Assembly: GCA_031285625.1 (NCBI GenBank)
Contig: JAITVV010000089.1
Location: forward strand, 29,931-93,930
Direction of reading: 5' to 3'
Origin: Prevotella sp.
Lineage (GTDB): Bacteria; Bacteroidota; Bacteroidia; Bacteroidales; Dysgonomonadaceae
DNA: 64,000 nt
Part shown: positions 28,721 to 39,263 of the stretch, piece after piece
How the letters are laid out: each line of letters opens with the position of its first letter
Numbering within the stretch: position 1 is the first letter of the stretch
Made by a program: the position numbers and the translations under genes
The notes under the pieces: model-generated
Told to the model about the DNA's origin: nothing
What the model saw: only the letters and a program-made list of their open reading frames with translations
The model's database searches: none

Positions 28721-30145
28721 TTAATATATACCAAAGCTAACCTGAGCTATATATTCATAGAAACAGCTAACAACTCCGACGATAAATATACCCACCATTG
28801 AAAGAACTAAAGACGCCTTCATATAACCGTCGGTATTTAATGTTTCTATTGGAGAATCGGTCTTTTTAATAAACATCGCCTTCACCACTAACAGGTAATA
28901 ATACAAAGATATTACCGTATTTAAGAAAGCGAGGAATACAAGTAATGTTTGTCCTTGTTCCATAGCAGCCATAAATACAAACAGCTTACTGAAAAATCCG
29001 GCAGCAAACGGAATACCTCCCAACGAGAACATCGCTATCATCATTGCCAATGCTAACTTAGGATTCGTATAATACAAGCCGTTATAATCATCCATGTTCA
29101 CTTTTCCTGTTTTATCTTCTACTGCTGATATAACACCAAATGCAGCAAGATTAGAGAAAACATAGACAAATACATAGAATATAGTAGCTGCCATACCGGC
29201 AGATGTACCTGTAAATACACTTAACATAATATACCCTGCCTGCGAAATAGAAGAGAAAGCAAGGAAGCGTTTCATATTCTTCTGGCGAAGTGCAAACAAG
29301 TTACCCACAGTAATAGTTAGCAAAATAATGATCCATAAAATATTTTTCCAGGTATCCTGCAATGCAGGGAATACTTTGAAAAGGATAGCCATCAGTGCAA
29401 ATACTGCGGCTCCTTTTGATATGGTCGATAAATATAAAGTCACATTTGTAGGTGCTCCCTGATATGTATCCGGTGCCCAAAGATGGAATGGAACCAGTGA
29501 TATCTTGAAGAACAAACCTGCCATAACAAATACCATTGCCATAACTACCATTGGGGTAGAGTATATATTTGCTGCAATATCTGTATAATACAATGTTCCA
29601 CATGCACCATACAGGAACGATAACCCGAATGTCATAATAGCGGAAGAGAAAATAGCATTGAATATATATTTCGCTCCGGCTTCTGCCGATTCGTGTCTGT
29701 ATTTATCAAATGCAACTAATGCAGCAATAGGTAATGATGCTGTCTCGAGCCCAATGTAGAACAATAGGAAGTTGCCGGAAGAAATCATCAGATACATTCC
29801 TAGTAGAGTAAGAGTAGTCAGCATAAAGAACTCACCTCTTTTTAGTATAGCGTCCGGTTTCTTCAACCATGCATTAGCTTGCAGGAAGATAAGGAAAACC
29901 CCTATATTAAGAACATTTTTTATTGTAAGATAGGCCGGGCCTGTCACGTACATGCCTGCAAATGATTCTCCATTATCCTTGAAAAAGAAACAAAGAACCG
30001 TGTGCGCCAAAAACACTGTACAAGCGAACGGAAAATAATATTTTTTTGCGCTGTCTGAAGCAAATAAATCGTAAAAAATAAGTAAGAGGAATACCACGAT
30101 TAGTGATAACTCATGCTTCATCAACAAATAATTACTTAAATCCAT
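28721..30145 (-). CDS. nuoN: NADH-quinone oxidoreductase subunit N
   Basis: GLETASL, EAGAKY, FKISLVPFHLWAPDTYQGAP, KRFLAFSSISQAGY. Confidence 0.95.
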   Translation of the reverse strand: MDLSNYLLMKHELSLIVVFLLLIFYDLFASDSAKKYYFPFACTVFLAHTVLCFFFKDNGESFAGMYVTGPAYLTIKNVLNIGVFLIFLQANAWLKKPDAILKRGEFFMLTTLTLLGMYLMISSGNFLLFYIGLETASLPIAALVAFDKYRHESAEAGAKYIFNAIFSSAIMTFGLSFLYGACGTLYYTDIAANIYSTPMVVMAMVFVMAGLFFKISLVPFHLWAPDTYQGAPTNVTLYLSTISKGAAVFALMAILFKVFPALQDTWKNILWIIILLTITVGNLFALRQKNMKRFLAFSSISQAGYIMLSVFTGTSAGMAATIFYVFVYVFSNLAAFGVISAVEDKTGKVNMDDYNGLYYTNPKLALAMMIAMFSLGGIPFAAGFFSKLFVFMAAMEQGQTLLVFLAFLNTVISLYYYLLVVKAMFIKKTDSPIETLNTDGYMKASLVLSMVGIFIVGVVSCFYEYIAQVSFGIY

Positions 30146-30182
30146 CTTTATATCTTAAAATTACATTGTTTACAATTTATTC

Positions 30183-31664
30183 TTATTTCCCTATATATGC
30201 CAGACTCGAACTTATCAGATCTGATATCCATCCCGGGAACATACCCATTCCGGCTACACAAATAATTAACCCTACAGTAGCTATTTTTTCATGCCATACA
30301 GCATCTGTCAGTTCTAAATGATGTGGATCCTGAACCGGACCGTAAAGAATTTTCCCAACGACTTTGAGTATATATACTGCAGTCACAACAATTGAAGAAA
30401 TGGCTGCAATAGTAAATATACGGTGAAAAAGATCATTGTGCTCGAATGCACCTACGAATATCGTCATTTCAGCCACAAATCCACTTAATCCCGGAAGACC
30501 TAACGAAGCCATACCGGCAATTACATAACATACACTAAGGAATGGCATAATCTTCATCAGGCCACCCATCTGGCGAATATCACGTGTATGTGTACGTCCA
30601 TAGATCATACCAATCAGGGCAAAGAAAAGAGCTGTCATCAGACCATGTGAAAGCATCTGCATCACAGCACCTGTCATAGCTGTCTGATTCATCATTAATA
30701 TAGCGAACAATACCAATCCACAGTGGCTCACCGAAGAATAAGCATTGATATATTTCAAGTCTGTCTGAGAAATTGCACCTAATGCACCATAAATAACACT
30801 GATACCTGTAAGGATAATAAATATCCATGATAATTCATCTGCAGCCTCCGGCATAAGACGCATAGCTATACGGAAACATCCGTATCCCCCCAGTTTCATC
30901 AACACTCCTGCATGGAGCATAGATACCGCTGTAGGAGCAGAGGCATGACCATCTGGAGACCATGTATGAAATGGGAACAGAGCTCCCAATACCCCAAATC
31001 CTAAGAATGTAAGCGGGAAGATCCAATATTGAGCTGCTACAGGAATTGCATTATTCGCTGCAACCTCCAACATATTAAATGTATAATCTCCTGTTGCAGA
31101 AGAATTAAAATAGATACCAAATATACCCACTGCAAGGAAAGCAGAACCACCCATTAGCATCAAGGTAAGCTTCATTGCAGAATATTCTTTTCTTCCTGTA
31201 CCCCATAGCCCGATAAGCAAATACATCGGAATCAAAGCTATTTCGTAGAAGAAGAACATGGTAAACATATCCAATGAGATAAAGAATCCGTATACCCCTA
31301 CCGAAAGTAAGGTAAGCCACATAAAGAAATCTTTAGGAAGCGGATTCATGTTCCACGAAGCGAATGTTCCGGTAAATATGATTATGGATGTCAGCAGAAG
31401 CATAAGTACTGAAATACCATCAACACCAATCGCATAATGGATATTCAGGGTTGTAAACCAAACTTTATCATATGTAAATAACATCTCGGCAGTATTCCCT
31501 GCACTACGTTCTGCATAGAACATAAATAATAATGTTACTGCCAACGCCATCTCAATGGCTGCACCTATCACACCAACGGTGCGTACTTGTTTGATGTTGC
31601 GGCATGGAATAAATGCAACTAACATCACAACAGGAACAAGAATAAATAATGAAAGAATATTCAT
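30183..31664 (-). CDS. nuoM: NADH-quinone oxidoreductase subunit M
   Basis: GVDGIS, FFFYEIALIPMY, PFHTWSPDGHASAP, LMKLGGYG, LPGLSGFVAE. Confidence 0.95.
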   Translation of the reverse strand: MNILSLFILVPVVMLVAFIPCRNIKQVRTVGVIGAAIEMALAVTLLFMFYAERSAGNTAEMLFTYDKVWFTTLNIHYAIGVDGISVLMLLLTSIIIFTGTFASWNMNPLPKDFFMWLTLLSVGVYGFFISLDMFTMFFFYEIALIPMYLLIGLWGTGRKEYSAMKLTLMLMGGSAFLAVGIFGIYFNSSATGDYTFNMLEVAANNAIPVAAQYWIFPLTFLGFGVLGALFPFHTWSPDGHASAPTAVSMLHAGVLMKLGGYGCFRIAMRLMPEAADELSWIFIILTGISVIYGALGAISQTDLKYINAYSSVSHCGLVLFAILMMNQTAMTGAVMQMLSHGLMTALFFALIGMIYGRTHTRDIRQMGGLMKIMPFLSVCYVIAGMASLGLPGLSGFVAEMTIFVGAFEHNDLFHRIFTIAAISSIVVTAVYILKVVGKILYGPVQDPHHLELTDAVWHEKIATVGLIICVAGMGMFPGWISDLISSSLAYIGK

Positions 31665-31687
31665 TTTTTTATATTTTAATCTATATC

Positions 31688-33625
31688 TTATCTACAAATA
31701 AAGCACACTAACCATCCGGCAAAGCCGACTATAAGAATCAACGCCCCTAACAAATATACCAAAGCATATTGTTGGATATATCCGGATTGCAATCCTTTTA
31801 TTGAACGTGATGCAGCCTGAGTAACAGTAGCTAATGAGTCCATAAAGCCATCCACGAATTTCTTATCGAACCAGGCAATAGGCTTGGAAATGCGTTTGAA
31901 TATAATACTACGTGTTACAAACAACCATAATTCGTCGAAATAGAATTTATGGTAAGCCCATTTATATAACGTACTGATACTTGACACAATCTTATCAGGA
32001 ATTTCGTTCTTCTTATAATATAATTTGAAGGCTATGCCCATACCCACTAATGAGATTATCACACTGGTAATAGCCACCTGCATGTTAATATGAGCATCAT
32101 AAGGCACTCCATCAGAAGTTATAAATTGGCTGAATGGAACGTATCCTGCACCAAATGCAAATACCGTTAATATAATCAAAGGAAGAGCCATTGCAGGTCC
32201 CGCTTCGTGCGGCTCGTGATGGTAATGTTTCTTCTCATAGAAGAATATACGTAGAAACAAACGAGTCATATAGAATGCAGTAAGTCCGGCAGCAAAAGAT
32301 AGTATGAAATATATTACTTTATCATTTTCGAATGCTGCAGCCAGTATTTCATCCTTGCTATAAAATCCGGAAAAGAAAGGAACACCCGCAATAGCCAGTA
32401 AAGCTACAAGGAAAGCCCAGCGTGTAACCTTCAGGTTCTTCCAAAGTCCTCCCATATCATCCATTTCATTGCTATGGACTGCATGGATAATAGCTCCTGC
32501 ACATAAGAACAACAATGCTTTGAAGAATGCATGCGTAAACAGGTGGAACATACCGGCCATGTATCCCAGACCATCATGTCCTCCAAATTTGGATACCCCT
32601 ATAGAGGTAAGCATAAATGCAATCTGCGATATAGTAGAAAAAGCAAGCACACGTTTTATATCGGTTTGAGTACAAGCTACAATAGCCGCAAACAGCGCTG
32701 TAATAGCTCCCACATAACTTATAAACTGAAGTATATCGGGTGCCCCAAATGCATATACAGGAAATAGGCGTGCTACTAGGAATACTCCGGCTACAACCAT
32801 TGTTGCTGCATGGATCAGAGCCGATGCAGGGGTTGGACCTTCCATCGCATCCGGCAACCAGATGTGGAATGGCATCATGGCAGATTTTCCGGCACCACCC
32901 ATAAAAATTAGCAACATTGCCCACGACATTACAGATAATCCCAAGAATGAAGAACCTTGCATTGTTGCAATAAATGGCGCTCCCTGAGCTGTAATGGTTG
33001 TAAAGTCGAATGTTTCTGAAAAATATGATAGTAATAAAATTCCTACAAGGAAGAAGAAGTCGGCAAAACGTGTAACAATAAATGCTTTCTTAGAAGCAGC
33101 TACCGCCGACGGTTTTGTATAATAAAAACTGATAAGCAGGAATGAAGACACACCCACAAGCTCCCAGAAAATATACATTTGGAAAATATTGGTTGCTACA
33201 ACCAAACCTAACATAGCAAAGCTAAACAGGGAAAGAAATGCATAATAGCGTTGAAACCCTTTTTCTCCTTTCATATAGCCTAAACTATATATATGTACCA
33301 TAAGTGATACAGTAGTAATAACAACAAGCATCATTACCGAAATAGGATCTAGATATATACCTAAGTCTATATGTAGTGTATCTGTAAACCTAAGCCAGGT
33401 AAAAGCTGTATGTACAGCCTGGTAAACTCCGTCTACTTTTCCATCTACAAAAAAGTACTGATATGCTGTAACATATGATAATACAGCCATTACGCACAGC
33501 GATGTTGTTCCTAATATTCCGGATACAATAGGTTTCATATATTTGCCACCCAGTCCCAGTATAAGAAACATAATAGCCGGCAAAGCAATTATTAGTATTG
33601 AATATGTGTAATTAAATTGTTCCAT
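31688..33625 (-). CDS. nuoL: NADH-quinone oxidoreductase subunit L
   Basis: WELVGVSS, GKSAMMPFHIWLPDAMEGPTP, HAATMV, HAFFKALLF, YSKDEIL. Confidence 0.95.
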   Translation of the reverse strand: MEQFNYTYSILIIALPAIMFLILGLGGKYMKPIVSGILGTTSLCVMAVLSYVTAYQYFFVDGKVDGVYQAVHTAFTWLRFTDTLHIDLGIYLDPISVMMLVVITTVSLMVHIYSLGYMKGEKGFQRYYAFLSLFSFAMLGLVVATNIFQMYIFWELVGVSSFLLISFYYTKPSAVAASKKAFIVTRFADFFFLVGILLLSYFSETFDFTTITAQGAPFIATMQGSSFLGLSVMSWAMLLIFMGGAGKSAMMPFHIWLPDAMEGPTPASALIHAATMVVAGVFLVARLFPVYAFGAPDILQFISYVGAITALFAAIVACTQTDIKRVLAFSTISQIAFMLTSIGVSKFGGHDGLGYMAGMFHLFTHAFFKALLFLCAGAIIHAVHSNEMDDMGGLWKNLKVTRWAFLVALLAIAGVPFFSGFYSKDEILAAAFENDKVIYFILSFAAGLTAFYMTRLFLRIFFYEKKHYHHEPHEAGPAMALPLIILTVFAFGAGYVPFSQFITSDGVPYDAHINMQVAITSVIISLVGMGIAFKLYYKKNEIPDKIVSSISTLYKWAYHKFYFDELWLFVTRSIIFKRISKPIAWFDKKFVDGFMDSLATVTQAASRSIKGLQSGYIQQYALVYLLGALILIVGFAGWLVCFICR

Positions 33626-33646
33626 ATCTTGTAGCTATTTCCTTGC

Positions 33647-33991
33647 TTAATTTTTCATTTTAGTTATGTTTTCATCTATATATATACTCTTCACATTACG
33701 GTATATATTGATGATAATAGCTATGGCAATGGCTGTTTCGGCAGCAGCAATACCTATCGCAAACAGAGTGAAGAAAAAGCCTTCCATCTGTCCCGGATAT
33801 AAATAGCGATTAAATACTACAAAGTTGAGGTCTGTAGCATTCAACATTAGTTCAATGGAAATCAGAACCATAAGCATGTTTTTGCGCGAAAGGAATCCAT
33901 ATACTCCCGCAAAAAACATTAGGGTACTTACAGCTAAGTATGCTTCTATTGGCACAGGCCCTGATAATAAACCGGTAATAAATTCACCCAT
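33647..33991 (-). CDS. nuoK: NADH-quinone oxidoreductase subunit K
   Basis: SIELMLNA, IAAAETAIA. Confidence 0.93.
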   Translation of the reverse strand: MGEFITGLLSGPVPIEAYLAVSTLMFFAGVYGFLSRKNMLMVLISIELMLNATDLNFVVFNRYLYPGQMEGFFFTLFAIGIAAAETAIAIAIIINIYRNVKSIYIDENITKMKN

Positions 33992-34011
33992 AACTTATCT
34001 TTGTTTTTTTC

Positions 34012-34515
34012 TTATCTTTTTCTAGCAATCATAATACCTCCGATTATACAAGCCAACAGTAAAATACTGATTGCTTCGAAAGGTAATAAATACTGATACT
34101 TATCTGTACCCATCATAGCCATACCCACATCCTGCATTTTCATTTCACTTTGTGTTACATAAGTATAGAACTTATTCACATTATAAAAAATGATATGTCC
34201 ACAGATACCTAATCCTGCAAGCGAAGCAATAGCTGCAATAAACATCCTGCCCGGTTTTTCGAACTTGACATCTCTCCCCGGTTCATTCGTTAACAGAATA
34301 GCAAAAATGAATAAAACCATCACACCTCCTGCATATACAGCTATTTGTACACCCATAAGGAAATGATAATTAAGTAACAGATACAAGCCTGCTGTGCCTA
34401 GCAGGACAAACAACAGGAATGTTGCCGCGCGAATAATCTTTTGAGTAGTAACTGCCATAAAAGAACAGATTACTATTATCGCCGCTAAAATGTAAAATAT
34501 AATGTTCTCTGCCAT
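34012..34515 (-). CDS. nuoJ: NADH-quinone oxidoreductase subunit J
   Basis: VQIAVYAGGVMVL, YLLPFEAISILLL. Confidence 0.93.
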   Translation of the reverse strand: MAENIIFYILAAIIVICSFMAVTTQKIIRAATFLLFVLLGTAGLYLLLNYHFLMGVQIAVYAGGVMVLFIFAILLTNEPGRDVKFEKPGRMFIAAIASLAGLGICGHIIFYNVNKFYTYVTQSEMKMQDVGMAMMGTDKYQYLLPFEAISILLLACIIGGIMIARKR

Positions 34516-34537
34516 AATCTATTGATTATCGTATGTT

Positions 34538-35278
34538 TTATTCTTTATCGTCTTTACTATCTTTGTCTAACTCAGCCTCTCTCGGATTTTCTTCCGGTTT
34601 TGAAGTTGGTACAGTCTTATATGTAGCATCCTGCTTTATTTCTTTTTCAGGATGAATGCCACTGTCTGCTTTGATATCCTGAGCCGGAATTGGCTCTAGC
34701 GGAGTCTGAGGTATACCTTCCGGTGCAGTATTTTTTCCATGTACGGCAGCTTCAGCCGCAGCGGCAGGTTTAGTTACAATTGGCTTGGGTTCAACAGATT
34801 TAGCCTCTTTTTTCTTTTCACGAAGCTTAGATCCTTCATGATTTAACTGTTCTACCAGTTTGCTGCGTGTAAACAATGAATTCTCAAAAGTATTGGCAAA
34901 AACAATTGCATCTGACGGACATGTAATAACACACAGGTTACAGAAAGTACACATACCTAAATCGTATATATATCTGTCAAGAATTTTCTTTTTCTTACCT
35001 TCTTCGGTCTCTATCGATTTTGATATTACCTGTATTGTTCCATTCGGACAATTCATCTGACAAATACCACAAGCAGTACAAGCATGCTCATTATTATCAT
35101 CGTGAGGCATTATCAGCTCACCACGAAAACGGTCAGGAATAACAAGTGTAGCCCTGTTCTCCGGGTATTGTTCCGTGATCTTTTTTGTCCACAATTCGCC
35201 CCAGGTTACTCTCATCCCTGTCAGCAGCGACTTGATACCTCCAAATAAACCTGAAAAATATTCTGATACTGAACTCAT
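34538..35278 (-). CDS. nuoI: NADH-quinone oxidoreductase subunit I with low-complexity C-terminal extension
   Basis: TEQYPE, CTACGICQMNCP and CTFCNLCVITCP; about 90-aa K/E/P/A-rich tail. Confidence 0.92.
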   Translation of the reverse strand: MSSVSEYFSGLFGGIKSLLTGMRVTWGELWTKKITEQYPENRATLVIPDRFRGELIMPHDDNNEHACTACGICQMNCPNGTIQVISKSIETEEGKKKKILDRYIYDLGMCTFCNLCVITCPSDAIVFANTFENSLFTRSKLVEQLNHEGSKLREKKKEAKSVEPKPIVTKPAAAAEAAVHGKNTAPEGIPQTPLEPIPAQDIKADSGIHPEKEIKQDATYKTVPTSKPEENPREAELDKDSKDDKE

Positions 35279-35299
35279 ATTCGTACTTTCTTCAATAAA

Positions 35300-36424
35300 T
35301 TAATTAAAAATTTTGGATATGATTTCAACTGTAGTCAAGCCACCCAAAACAATAATTACCATTAACAATATATTTACCATATTAATTGGCAACAAATATT
35401 TCCACTCAAGATTCAATAGCTGATCGATACGTAGACGAGGGAATGTCCATCTCACCCACAAGCTAAGGAATACAAGGAACCCGGCTTTACCAAAGAACCA
35501 TATATATGAAGGGATATAATTCATCACTTGGTTAAATCCGTCTAATCCACTTATCTGAAGAGGCATCCATCCACCTAAGAATACTGTAGTAGCAATACCT
35601 GCTACAATAAACATATTCAAGTATTCTGCCAGATAGAAAAAGCCAAACTGAAGGCCTGAATATTCTGTATGATATCCTGCTGTAAGTTCTGATTCAGCTT
35701 CCGGTAAGTCGAAAGGGCCACGATTCGTTTCGGCATGTCCTGAAATCAGATATATAATGAATGCAATCAATGCAGGGATATGCCCGTTAAAGATATTCCA
35801 GCAATATGCTTGACCTTGTATTATCTGAGAAAAACTCATGGTACCTGATAGTACAACCATTGTCATCAATGCAAATCCGGCAGAGAGTTCGTAGCTTATA
35901 AACTGAGCTCCGCTTCGCATTGCACCGATCATAGAGTATTTGTTGTTACTAGACCATCCTGCAAGTAAAACTCCAATGATACCCAAAGATGAAACAGCGA
36001 CTACATAAAACACTCCGATATTAAAGTCTACAACATGTAAGCCTTCACCAAAAGGGAGTGCCCCAAATGTTAGCATGGATGCTACAATCATAAAGAACGG
36101 AGCCGTGAAGAACAGAAACCTGTCAGACTTGTTAACATGGATAATCTCCTTGATCAGTATCTTGATCATATCTGCAACACTCTGGATCACTCCATATTTA
36201 CCTACACGATTGGGACCTAGACGTGCCTGAAAGAAAGCTGTGATTTTTCGCTCTACATAGATCAGAATCAAGGCTAATACAGCATACAATGTCAACAATA
36301 CAATACCGACAAGTACAAATTCTATAGCCAAAACTGCCCATGGAGGTAGATTTTCAGTTAAGAATGCATCAAAAGTTTTTAGCAGACCTGATACCTCTAA
36401 CGGTCGTGAATAGTTTAACAACAT
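35300..36424 (-). CDS. nuoH: NADH-quinone oxidoreductase subunit H
   Basis: ERK...[36 protein letters not shown]. Confidence 0.96.
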   Translation of the reverse strand: MLLNYSRPLEVSGLLKTFDAFLTENLPPWAVLAIEFVLVGIVLLTLYAVLALILIYVERKITAFFQARLGPNRVGKYGVIQSVADMIKILIKEIIHVNKSDRFLFFTAPFFMIVASMLTFGALPFGEGLHVVDFNIGVFYVVAVSSLGIIGVLLAGWSSNNKYSMIGAMRSGAQFISYELSAGFALMTMVVLSGTMSFSQIIQGQAYCWNIFNGHIPALIAFIIYLISGHAETNRGPFDLPEAESELTAGYHTEYSGLQFGFFYLAEYLNMFIVAGIATTVFLGGWMPLQISGLDGFNQVMNYIPSYIWFFGKAGFLVFLSLWVRWTFPRLRIDQLLNLEWKYLLPINMVNILLMVIIVLGGLTTVEIISKIFN

Positions 36425-36459
36425 ATATCTTTTATATTGATAAAATAAATAATCTTTGA

Positions 36460-38094
36460 TTAACGGTCAATATCCGGAATCACATAGTCCATAGAACCAC
36501 CGATACCGATAAAGTCAGAGATTTTCTCATCTTTACAGATCAATGGCATTACCGAAACTGCAGCCATTGACGGAGAACGGAATTTTAAGCGATAAGGTGT
36601 TTTATCACCACGGCTCTCAATATATACACCAAATTCTCCACGTCCGGCTTCAACTCTCTGATAATATTCTCCTTCAGGAAGCTTGATAATAGCTTTTGTT
36701 TTTGCCAGATAATCTCCTTCCGGAATATTGTCAATCAGTTGTTCTATAATTTTTAATGATTCTTCAATTTCATCCAATCGGTTCAGGTATCTGTCGAAAG
36801 CATCTCCGTTTTCACGAATAATTTCTTTGAACTGAACTTTATCATATAATGCATATGGCTGATGCTTACGTAAATCGCAAGAGAATCCCGATCCACGACC
36901 GGCTGGTCCTGTTACGGCATAAGATATAGCGTCTTCTTTAGATAAAAGACCTAATCCTTTCATACGCCCCATGGCAATAACGTTACCCGTAAACAATCTG
37001 TCATACTCCTTAAGAGCTTTACGCATAACAGGAATAAATGCTTTCACATCCTGTTGAAAATCAGGTTGTATATCAAACATTACTCCACCTACAACATTAT
37101 AATTGATAATCAGGCGACCACCTGTGTTTTTCTCAAATATTTTAAGGATATCTTCACGTTCACGCATCCCATAGATGAATGCAGTAGTAGACCCTAAGTC
37201 CATACACATGGTACCCCATGCTACAAGATGAGAGTCGATACGATTCAACTCATCCATTATAGTACGTATATATTGAGCTCTTTCGGGGATTTCTATTTCT
37301 GCAGCTTTCTCTACACACATGCATAGTCCGTGTCGGTTAATGTTTGCAGAAAGGTAATCTAATCGGTCTGTAAAGTGTAGAATTTGAGGATAAGTAAGTT
37401 TTTCACTTAACTTTTCTATTCCCCTGTGAATATAACCACTATGAACATCGATCTTTTTTACGATCTCTCCATCAAGAGCTACACGGAAGTGCATTACACC
37501 GTGGGTTGATGGATGCTGTGGTCCTATATTTATAATATAATCGTCTTTTTCAAAGATATTGACTTTCTCTTCTTTCAACTCTCCTGCCGGAGTTTCCATA
37601 ATACGTGGGGCAACGTCCACAATATCGCGGCTTTCCACTGTTACCGGATTTATTACCGGATTCGGGTCATAGTCTTTTCTCAAAGGAAAACCAACCCAGT
37701 CGGAATTAAGAAAGAAACGGCGCATATCCGGATTGTTGATAAAACGGATACCAAGCATGGCAAATACCTCACGTTCATTGTAGTGTGCGGTTTCCCACAT
37801 ATCAGTAACGGTGTATAGCAAAGGCTTTTCACGTTCAGCAGTACCGGTTTTAACAGCTACTTCTTTAGAAAGATCTTTTGACGGACATAACAGGTAGGTA
37901 ACCATTAGTTTTTCACCTTCATCTGTGCCTGTCAACATAGCCAGGTAATCAAAAGGCATATCTTCATTATAGCGAAGAGTTTTTGCCAAATGCGGTAACT
38001 TATCAGGCTCTACGGTTACCGTCAACGGATTCTTATCCTCGATGATCGCTTCGGGTACAGCTTCCAGTATTAGTTTCTTGATATTTTCCATCAA
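36460..38094 (-). CDS. nuoCD: Fused NADH-quinone oxidoreductase subunit C/D
   Basis: [40 protein letters not shown]-terminal PDIDR; no NiFe-ligand CxxC. Confidence 0.95.
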   Translation of the reverse strand: MMENIKKLILEAVPEAIIEDKNPLTVTVEPDKLPHLAKTLRYNEDMPFDYLAMLTGTDEGEKLMVTYLLCPSKDLSKEVAVKTGTAEREKPLLYTVTDMWETAHYNEREVFAMLGIRFINNPDMRRFFLNSDWVGFPLRKDYDPNPVINPVTVESRDIVDVAPRIMETPAGELKEEKVNIFEKDDYIINIGPQHPSTHGVMHFRVALDGEIVKKIDVHSGYIHRGIEKLSEKLTYPQILHFTDRLDYLSANINRHGLCMCVEKAAEIEIPERAQYIRTIMDELNRIDSHLVAWGTMCMDLGSTTAFIYGMREREDILKIFEKNTGGRLIINYNVVGGVMFDIQPDFQQDVKAFIPVMRKALKEYDRLFTGNVIAMGRMKGLGLLSKEDAISYAVTGPAGRGSGFSCDLRKHQPYALYDKVQFKEIIRENGDAFDRYLNRLDEIEESLKIIEQLIDNIPEGDYLAKTKAIIKLPEGEYYQRVEAGRGEFGVYIESRGDKTPYRLKFRSPSMAAVSVMPLICKDEKISDFIGIGGSMDYVIPDIDR

Positions 38095-38153
38095 TTATCC
38101 TTTGTAAGTTGACAAGTGAACGAGCAGATGCTCGTGTCTATATCTTTTCTGAG

Positions 38154-38717
38154 TTATTTCTTTACTTTAAACATGAATCTTTCCACTTTTATCTTACGCT
38201 GCAACTGCATTAATCCGTAAAATAAAGCTTCCGGACGGGGAGGACAGCCCGGTATATACACATCTACAGGCATTATTTCATCAATACCCTTTACTACATG
38301 GTATGAATCCACAAACGGACCCCCTGAGATAGCACAGCTACCCATGGCAATCACATATTTAGGTTCTGCCATTTGGTCATATACACGTTTCAGCAGCGGA
38401 GCCATTTTGTGCACAATTGTTCCTGCAACAACCATTGTATCTGCCTGGCGCGGACTGTTACGGGTAACCTCCATCCCAAACCGGGCCAAATCGTAACGGG
38501 CAGCAGCAGATGCCATAAACTCGATACCACAACAGCTGGTTGCAAATGCTAACGGCCAAACCGAATTTGAGCGTCCCCAGTTAATCAGGTCATCAAGTTT
38601 TCCAACAACAACAGGCACTCCGCCTTCGTTAAGTTCCTTTATATAATCTTCGAGGTATTCATTATCCTTGAATTCGTCATTTGGAATACCTTTTATGTAT
38701 ATATTTTTTATTTCCAT
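38154..38717 (-). CDS. nuoB: NADH-quinone oxidoreductase subunit B
   Basis: [31 protein letters not shown]. Confidence 0.96.
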   Translation of the reverse strand: MEIKNIYIKGIPNDEFKDNEYLEDYIKELNEGGVPVVVGKLDDLINWGRSNSVWPLAFATSCCGIEFMASAAARYDLARFGMEVTRNSPRQADTMVVAGTIVHKMAPLLKRVYDQMAEPKYVIAMGSCAISGGPFVDSYHVVKGIDEIMPVDVYIPGCPPRPEALFYGLMQLQRKIKVERFMFKVKK

Positions 38718-39061
38718 TTCAGTGCTCCTTTCTTCCAGGCATAGGCTAAACCTAAGCCTAATATTAAGATGAAAAATAAGATACTATATAGTCCCGGCAT
38801 TCCTAATTGCCTCACGACCGTAGCCCAAGGAAACAGGAATATAGCCTCAACGTCAAACATTAGGTATAAGATTGCATAAAGGTAATAGCCCACTTTGAAC
38901 TGCATCCATGAAGTACCATGGGTAGGGACACCACATTCGTATGGTTCTCCTTTTTGCGCATTGAAAGATTTAGGGGATAATAATAAGGCCATGCCCAAGC
39001 CGGCACAGACCAGTGTGATTCCTGTTAAGAAAACTACTAAAAAAAGAGCGGAAGTACTCAT
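38708..39061 (-). CDS. nuoA: NADH-quinone oxidoreductase subunit A
   Basis: [25 protein letters not shown]. Confidence 0.95.
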   Translation of the reverse strand: MSTSALFLVVFLTGITLVCAGLGMALLLSPKSFNAQKGEPYECGVPTHGTSWMQFKVGYYLYAILYLMFDVEAIFLFPWATVVRQLGMPGLYSILFFILILGLGLAYAWKKGALKWK

Positions 39062-39178
39062 ATTTTTATATTAAAATTAAGCTATTTCTGTCAATTGTCA
39101 ATTCTTTTCAATGGTATCATAGCACTCTGTCAAAATCACAGAAAACAGGCATTACCAAAGCCTTAGCGACAATCGGCG

Positions 39179-39186
39179 CAAAATTA
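39179..39186 (-). promoter_or_regulatory. -7 promoter box (TAATTTTG) of the nuo operon
   Basis: TAnnTTTG about 118 nt upstream of the nuoA ATG, just downstream of the GT2 terminator. Confidence 0.6.
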
Positions 39187-39216
39187 ATCTTTTATTTCAG
39201 AAACACAAAAAATAAA

Positions 39217-39241
39217 ATGCCAAATTATACAAATTTGGCAT
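39217..39241 (-). terminator. Terminator after the GT2 gene
   Basis: ATGCCAAATT/AATTTGGCAT inverted repeat followed by a T run on the minus strand. Confidence 0.6.
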
Positions 39242-39263
39242 CTAAAGATTGCAAAATGACGCA

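Noticed and set aside
36460-38717. Group 4 [NiFe]-hydrogenase interpretation of the nuo cluster
   Set aside because: The large subunit lacks both CxxC metal-binding motifs; nuoA/J/K are present and NuoB has the tandem CC.
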